Shown here: one piece after another, positions 60,683 through 64,000 of the stretch
How the letters are laid out: the number at the start of each line of letters is the position of its first letter
How positions within the stretch are numbered: the first letter of the stretch is position 1
IMG/VR virus record: IMGVR_UViG_3300037524_002067
Coordinates: 1-64,000 of that record
Direction: 5' to 3' (one strand)
DNA: 64,000 nucleotides
Source of the DNA: a virus
Translations under genes and position numbers: made by a program
Notes under the pieces: model-generated
Told to the model about the DNA's origin: nothing
Database searches by the model: none
The model's input: only the letters and a program-made list of their open reading frames with translations

Positions 60683-61808
60683 TTGTTGTTTTTTTTATTT
60701 GTTTTTATTTTCTTCAAATTCTGTAAGTATTTTAGCAAATTCTAATAAACCAATTTGATCATCTATGTGATAACAATCCACATATCTATCAACTTTTAAT
60801 TTGCCAGACTTACAAAGCTCGGCCATTTCTCCACGATTGATTGGAATATACTCTTTTTTTAATATTTCAGAATATTCTTTTTTATAACCAAGTTCAATTA
60901 ATTTTTCGTCCAATTCTTCGTTATACACTGGTTGAGATACATAATCATCTGGAGAAATACCGCCACCATCTCCACCAGCTCTTACAGTTACACCAAGCTT
61001 TTGTACACGTGTAGGATGCGGTTTGTTATATAGTTCAAGAGCAACATCCAAAGGTAAACCATTTTGATCTTCTTCTACTCTAGCGCTCCAATAATACCAA
61101 CGCCTTGAAAATGTCCAGCGACCAATTTTGCCAACATAAGAATAAGGTACCTCAGTGTTGCCTTTATTTATTTTTATTGCTGGTATACCAGCTAAATACA
61201 ATTCTTCTAAAATTGTTTTATCGGCTGTTGGTTCTCCTGCTAAATTTATCATTGTTATTTTATTAAGCTATATCTACGAACACCTGAAGCTATAGTTTTT
61301 GGAACCCCAGATTTCCCCACAATCAAATCACCTTCAAGCAACACAATAGTCGAATCATCACATTCAACATTATAGAAGGTATCAACGTCTCCATTGTTAT
61401 ATGTAACTGTAATGTTTAAAACCGTGTTGTTTCTGTTGCAAGATACTAACAAAAACACAAACAATATAATCAGTATTTTTTTCATCATTATTATTTATTA
61501 AGACAAGCCAACATGCGCCAATTCATCCATGCTTTTATACCTTGATTTATTTTGCCAGGTTGGTGCGTAAAAATCTTTTTTTCTTTGTAACATAGCATCT
61601 GGTATTAAATTTGGGTGTCCACCATTTATTAAGTGATAATAAAAACTCAATCTATGAACATCAAATGCACCAACGGTAAGATGATTTCTGTTGTCCATAT
61701 ACCATGTTTCATACAATTTTCTATTAGGAAATTTATAATGAAAAGAAACTTGATAGAAATATTTTTCTACCCATTGTTGAAAACCTATTGGATCATCTTT
61801 TTTCATTT

Positions 61809-62693
61809 TTAAAGTGTTGGGAATAAACCATAAATTTCATCTACCAGAGACCTAAAAGCTTGCGACAAATGAATATCTGGTCTCCAAGCCAAACCTCTTT
61901 CCATTAGATCATATTCTCTTACGATGTTTGCTCCTGGGATTATATCACCATTACTTGCGCGTTGTCTACCCATAACCCAAATGGTATCTGATACAACACA
62001 AGTTGCAAAAATATCATGCGATACAATAATGATCGTATTCAACTCGTGCATATTAGCAACTTTAAGAATAAAATTAGAAACTTTTTTGATCATGACTGGA
62101 TCCAAACCAGAAAATGGTTCATCCATCAACAAAAAGTTGTTTGAACACAATATCTGTTGAGCGATTGCCACTCTTTGTTTTTGTCCACCAGATAATTGAG
62201 CTGGGTAAAAATTTTTTCTTTTATCCATGTCAAACTCTTTAAGAATGTGTGTGATTCGATCTTCTCTTTCAGTTTTGTTTTTAAACTTAATTGCTGCTGC
62301 AACTTGCAAATTACCATAAACTGTTCTGTGTTCAAACAGTGGATAAGACTGTTGAATCACTCCGACCCTTCCAAGTTTAACTGGTTCCTGTTCTTCGCCA
62401 ACAAGAATTTTTCCAAAGGCGTGTTCTTTGTTGTCAAGCGGCAATATACCAGAGAGCAATTCAAAAAATTTAGTTTTTCCAACGCCTGATGGTCCTAACA
62501 TACCAACAATTTGCCCTTGTGTCATGTCAGGTCTAACAATGTTTTTTATTTCAATGTTTACGTTTTTCAAAATGTTGGTTCCACCAACAGATTCAATTTC
62601 TCCAGTCTCTTTATTTTTTCTCATTGTGTTTCCAAGAGTGAGAGAAACATTTTCCACCTTTAATATGGTGCCTTCTTTTTTATAGCTATACAT
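61809..62693 (-). CDS. ABC transporter ATP-binding subunit (NitT/TauT-like)
   Basis: GPSGVGKT, LSGGQKQR, MDEPFSGLD and SHD. Confidence 0.95.
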   Translation of the reverse strand: MYSYKKEGTILKVENVSLTLGNTMRKNKETGEIESVGGTNILKNVNIEIKNIVRPDMTQGQIVGMLGPSGVGKTKFFELLSGILPLDNKEHAFGKILVGEEQEPVKLGRVGVIQQSYPLFEHRTVYGNLQVAAAIKFKNKTEREDRITHILKEFDMDKRKNFYPAQLSGGQKQRVAIAQQILCSNNFLLMDEPFSGLDPVMIKKVSNFILKVANMHELNTIIIVSHDIFATCVVSDTIWVMGRQRASNGDIIPGANIVREYDLMERGLAWRPDIHLSQAFRSLVDEIYGLFPTL

Positions 62694-62695
62694 AA

Positions 62696-63514
62696 TTAAG
62701 ATTTTTTGGTTTGAAGGTTGCCGTATGGGAAAAATATATTGTACAATACCCCAAACATGTAATCAATTAAAATTCCAAAAATAAACAAACTCAATTGAGC
62801 GGCGAATAAACCATCTAATTTTAAATGTTTACTGGCGTTTAGCATCATTACTCCAATACCGCCTTCTGAGCGAACAAGACCCTCAACAAATGTAAGCATA
62901 GTCCAAACTATTGCAAAATTTGATTTTACAGCTATCCACATTTCATGTGCCTTACCAAGTATCACCCTTTCATAAAATATTCTCCACTCGAAACCAAATA
63001 TAGTTCCTGCGTGGTTATATTCAACTTTCGTGACACTGTTAACAACATTAACCATAGAATTTACAATAAAAGATGTCATACCAAAAACCAATAGCTTTAC
63101 TTTGAGGTCATGACCAGTGGTTGACATTAATGTAAAAATAAAAGAAAGTCCTATCATTGGAAGAAATCTTGTTTTTTCAGCAACAAAAGAAAATGATTTG
63201 AAAAAATTAAGACTACTGGCATAAGCCAAAATTAAAGAAATTAATACAGATATCCCAAGAGCTTTAAAACATAATGCTGCGCTAATAAAAAGGTCTTGCA
63301 TAAGACCTTGTGTTCTAACCATCTCAACCCAAGCAGAAAGAATTTCGCCTGGTCTTGGAATAATAGGTGTAGATATATAAATCCAATACCAACAAACAAT
63401 TAATAATTGAGAAACAACCATCATTGTCATAGCACTCTTACTAATTGCTCTGTAAGGTGTAAACATGTTTATAAAAGTTTGAGTGATGTTATTTTTTTGT
63501 GCTAAAGATTCCAT
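62696..63514 (-). CDS. ABC transporter permease (NitT/TauT-like)
   Basis: Multi-TM; IPRPGEI and EGGIG motifs. Confidence 0.85.
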   Translation of the reverse strand: MESLAQKNNITQTFINMFTPYRAISKSAMTMMVVSQLLIVCWYWIYISTPIIPRPGEILSAWVEMVRTQGLMQDLFISAALCFKALGISVLISLILAYASSLNFFKSFSFVAEKTRFLPMIGLSFIFTLMSTTGHDLKVKLLVFGMTSFIVNSMVNVVNSVTKVEYNHAGTIFGFEWRIFYERVILGKAHEMWIAVKSNFAIVWTMLTFVEGLVRSEGGIGVMMLNASKHLKLDGLFAAQLSLFIFGILIDYMFGVLYNIFFPYGNLQTKKS

Positions 63515-63616
63515 TATTTTTTTGTGTTATATAATTTATACGCATTACAATATAAAAGGTTACAAATAAAAAAGGAGAGATAATATTACCTCTCCTTTTA
63601 AAAAATTATATACCCA

Positions 63617-64000
63617 TCATTTTACCATAAGGATCTCAACCCTACGGTTTTTTGCTTTTCCAGCACTTGTGTTGTTATCAGCTATAGGTTCACTTGGACC
63701 TTTACCAACAACTTGAACGAAGCGGTTATTTGGATAATTTTCGTATGATTTATTTTGCAACCATTTTTTTACAGCATCAGCTCTAGCTTGAGAAAGCTCT
63801 CTATTTACGTCAGCACTTCCAGTGTTATCTGTGTGGCCAAAAATTTCTACTTGTAAACCACTTGCAATATTCAACTCATCGAACAATTGATTTAGTGTTT
63901 GTTCAGCCGCAGGAGTAAAGTTTGCGCTGCCAGTTTCAAATTCAATTTTCCACACACGCTTAGCGATTGTTTCTTTGTTCTCGCTGGTATTCGAGTACTC
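63617..64000 (-). CDS. OmpA-domain protein (5'-truncated by the window)
   Basis: FETGSA, GHTDNTG, LSQARA and KNRRVEI. Confidence 0.9.
   Translation of the reverse strand, partial: EYSNTSENKETIAKRVWKIEFETGSANFTPAAEQTLNQLFDELNIASGLQVEIFGHTDNTGSADVNRELSQARADAVKKWLQNKSYENYPNNRFVQVVGKGPSEPIADNNTSAGKAKNRRVEILMVK

Noticed and set aside
1-64000. Window-wide TGA or TAG recoding
   Set aside because: Long genes are intact in the standard code, TGG is used for Trp, several genes end in TGA with ATGA/GTGA/TTGA overlaps, and no suppressor tRNA was seen. Only the RF gene has internal stops.

Overview
This AT-rich window is mostly minus-strand and looks like part of a jumbo/huge phage genome. TAnnTTTG promoter elements point to a Bacteroidota host. 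It is dominated by translation-related functions: about 35 tRNA genes grouped by isotype into four arrays, many tRNA-like and Y-RNA-like RNAs, a miniature RNase P RNA, a ~830 nt GOLLD-like RNA, MetRS, and an RF1-like release factor interrupted by two in-frame UGA codons. It also carries about 9 free-standing homing-type endonucleases, a 5.9 kb IS1595 cargo transposon, polyvalent ADP-ribosyltransferase-like proteins, dUTPase, a voltage-gated ion channel and an ABC transporter. Main discovery: each of the four tRNA arrays is preceded by a promoter, a short leader ORF absent from the ORF track, an antiterminator and an intrinsic terminator. The control codons of each leader match the tRNA isotypes downstream: N/H/T/K/I; P/A/M/G/Y/D; L(UUR)/C; and F plus predicted L/V/Q. 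This suggests trp-style, ribosome-coupled attenuators that switch on phage tRNA arrays when the matching host tRNAs fail. All calls were made by eye, and no database searches or folding programs were run.
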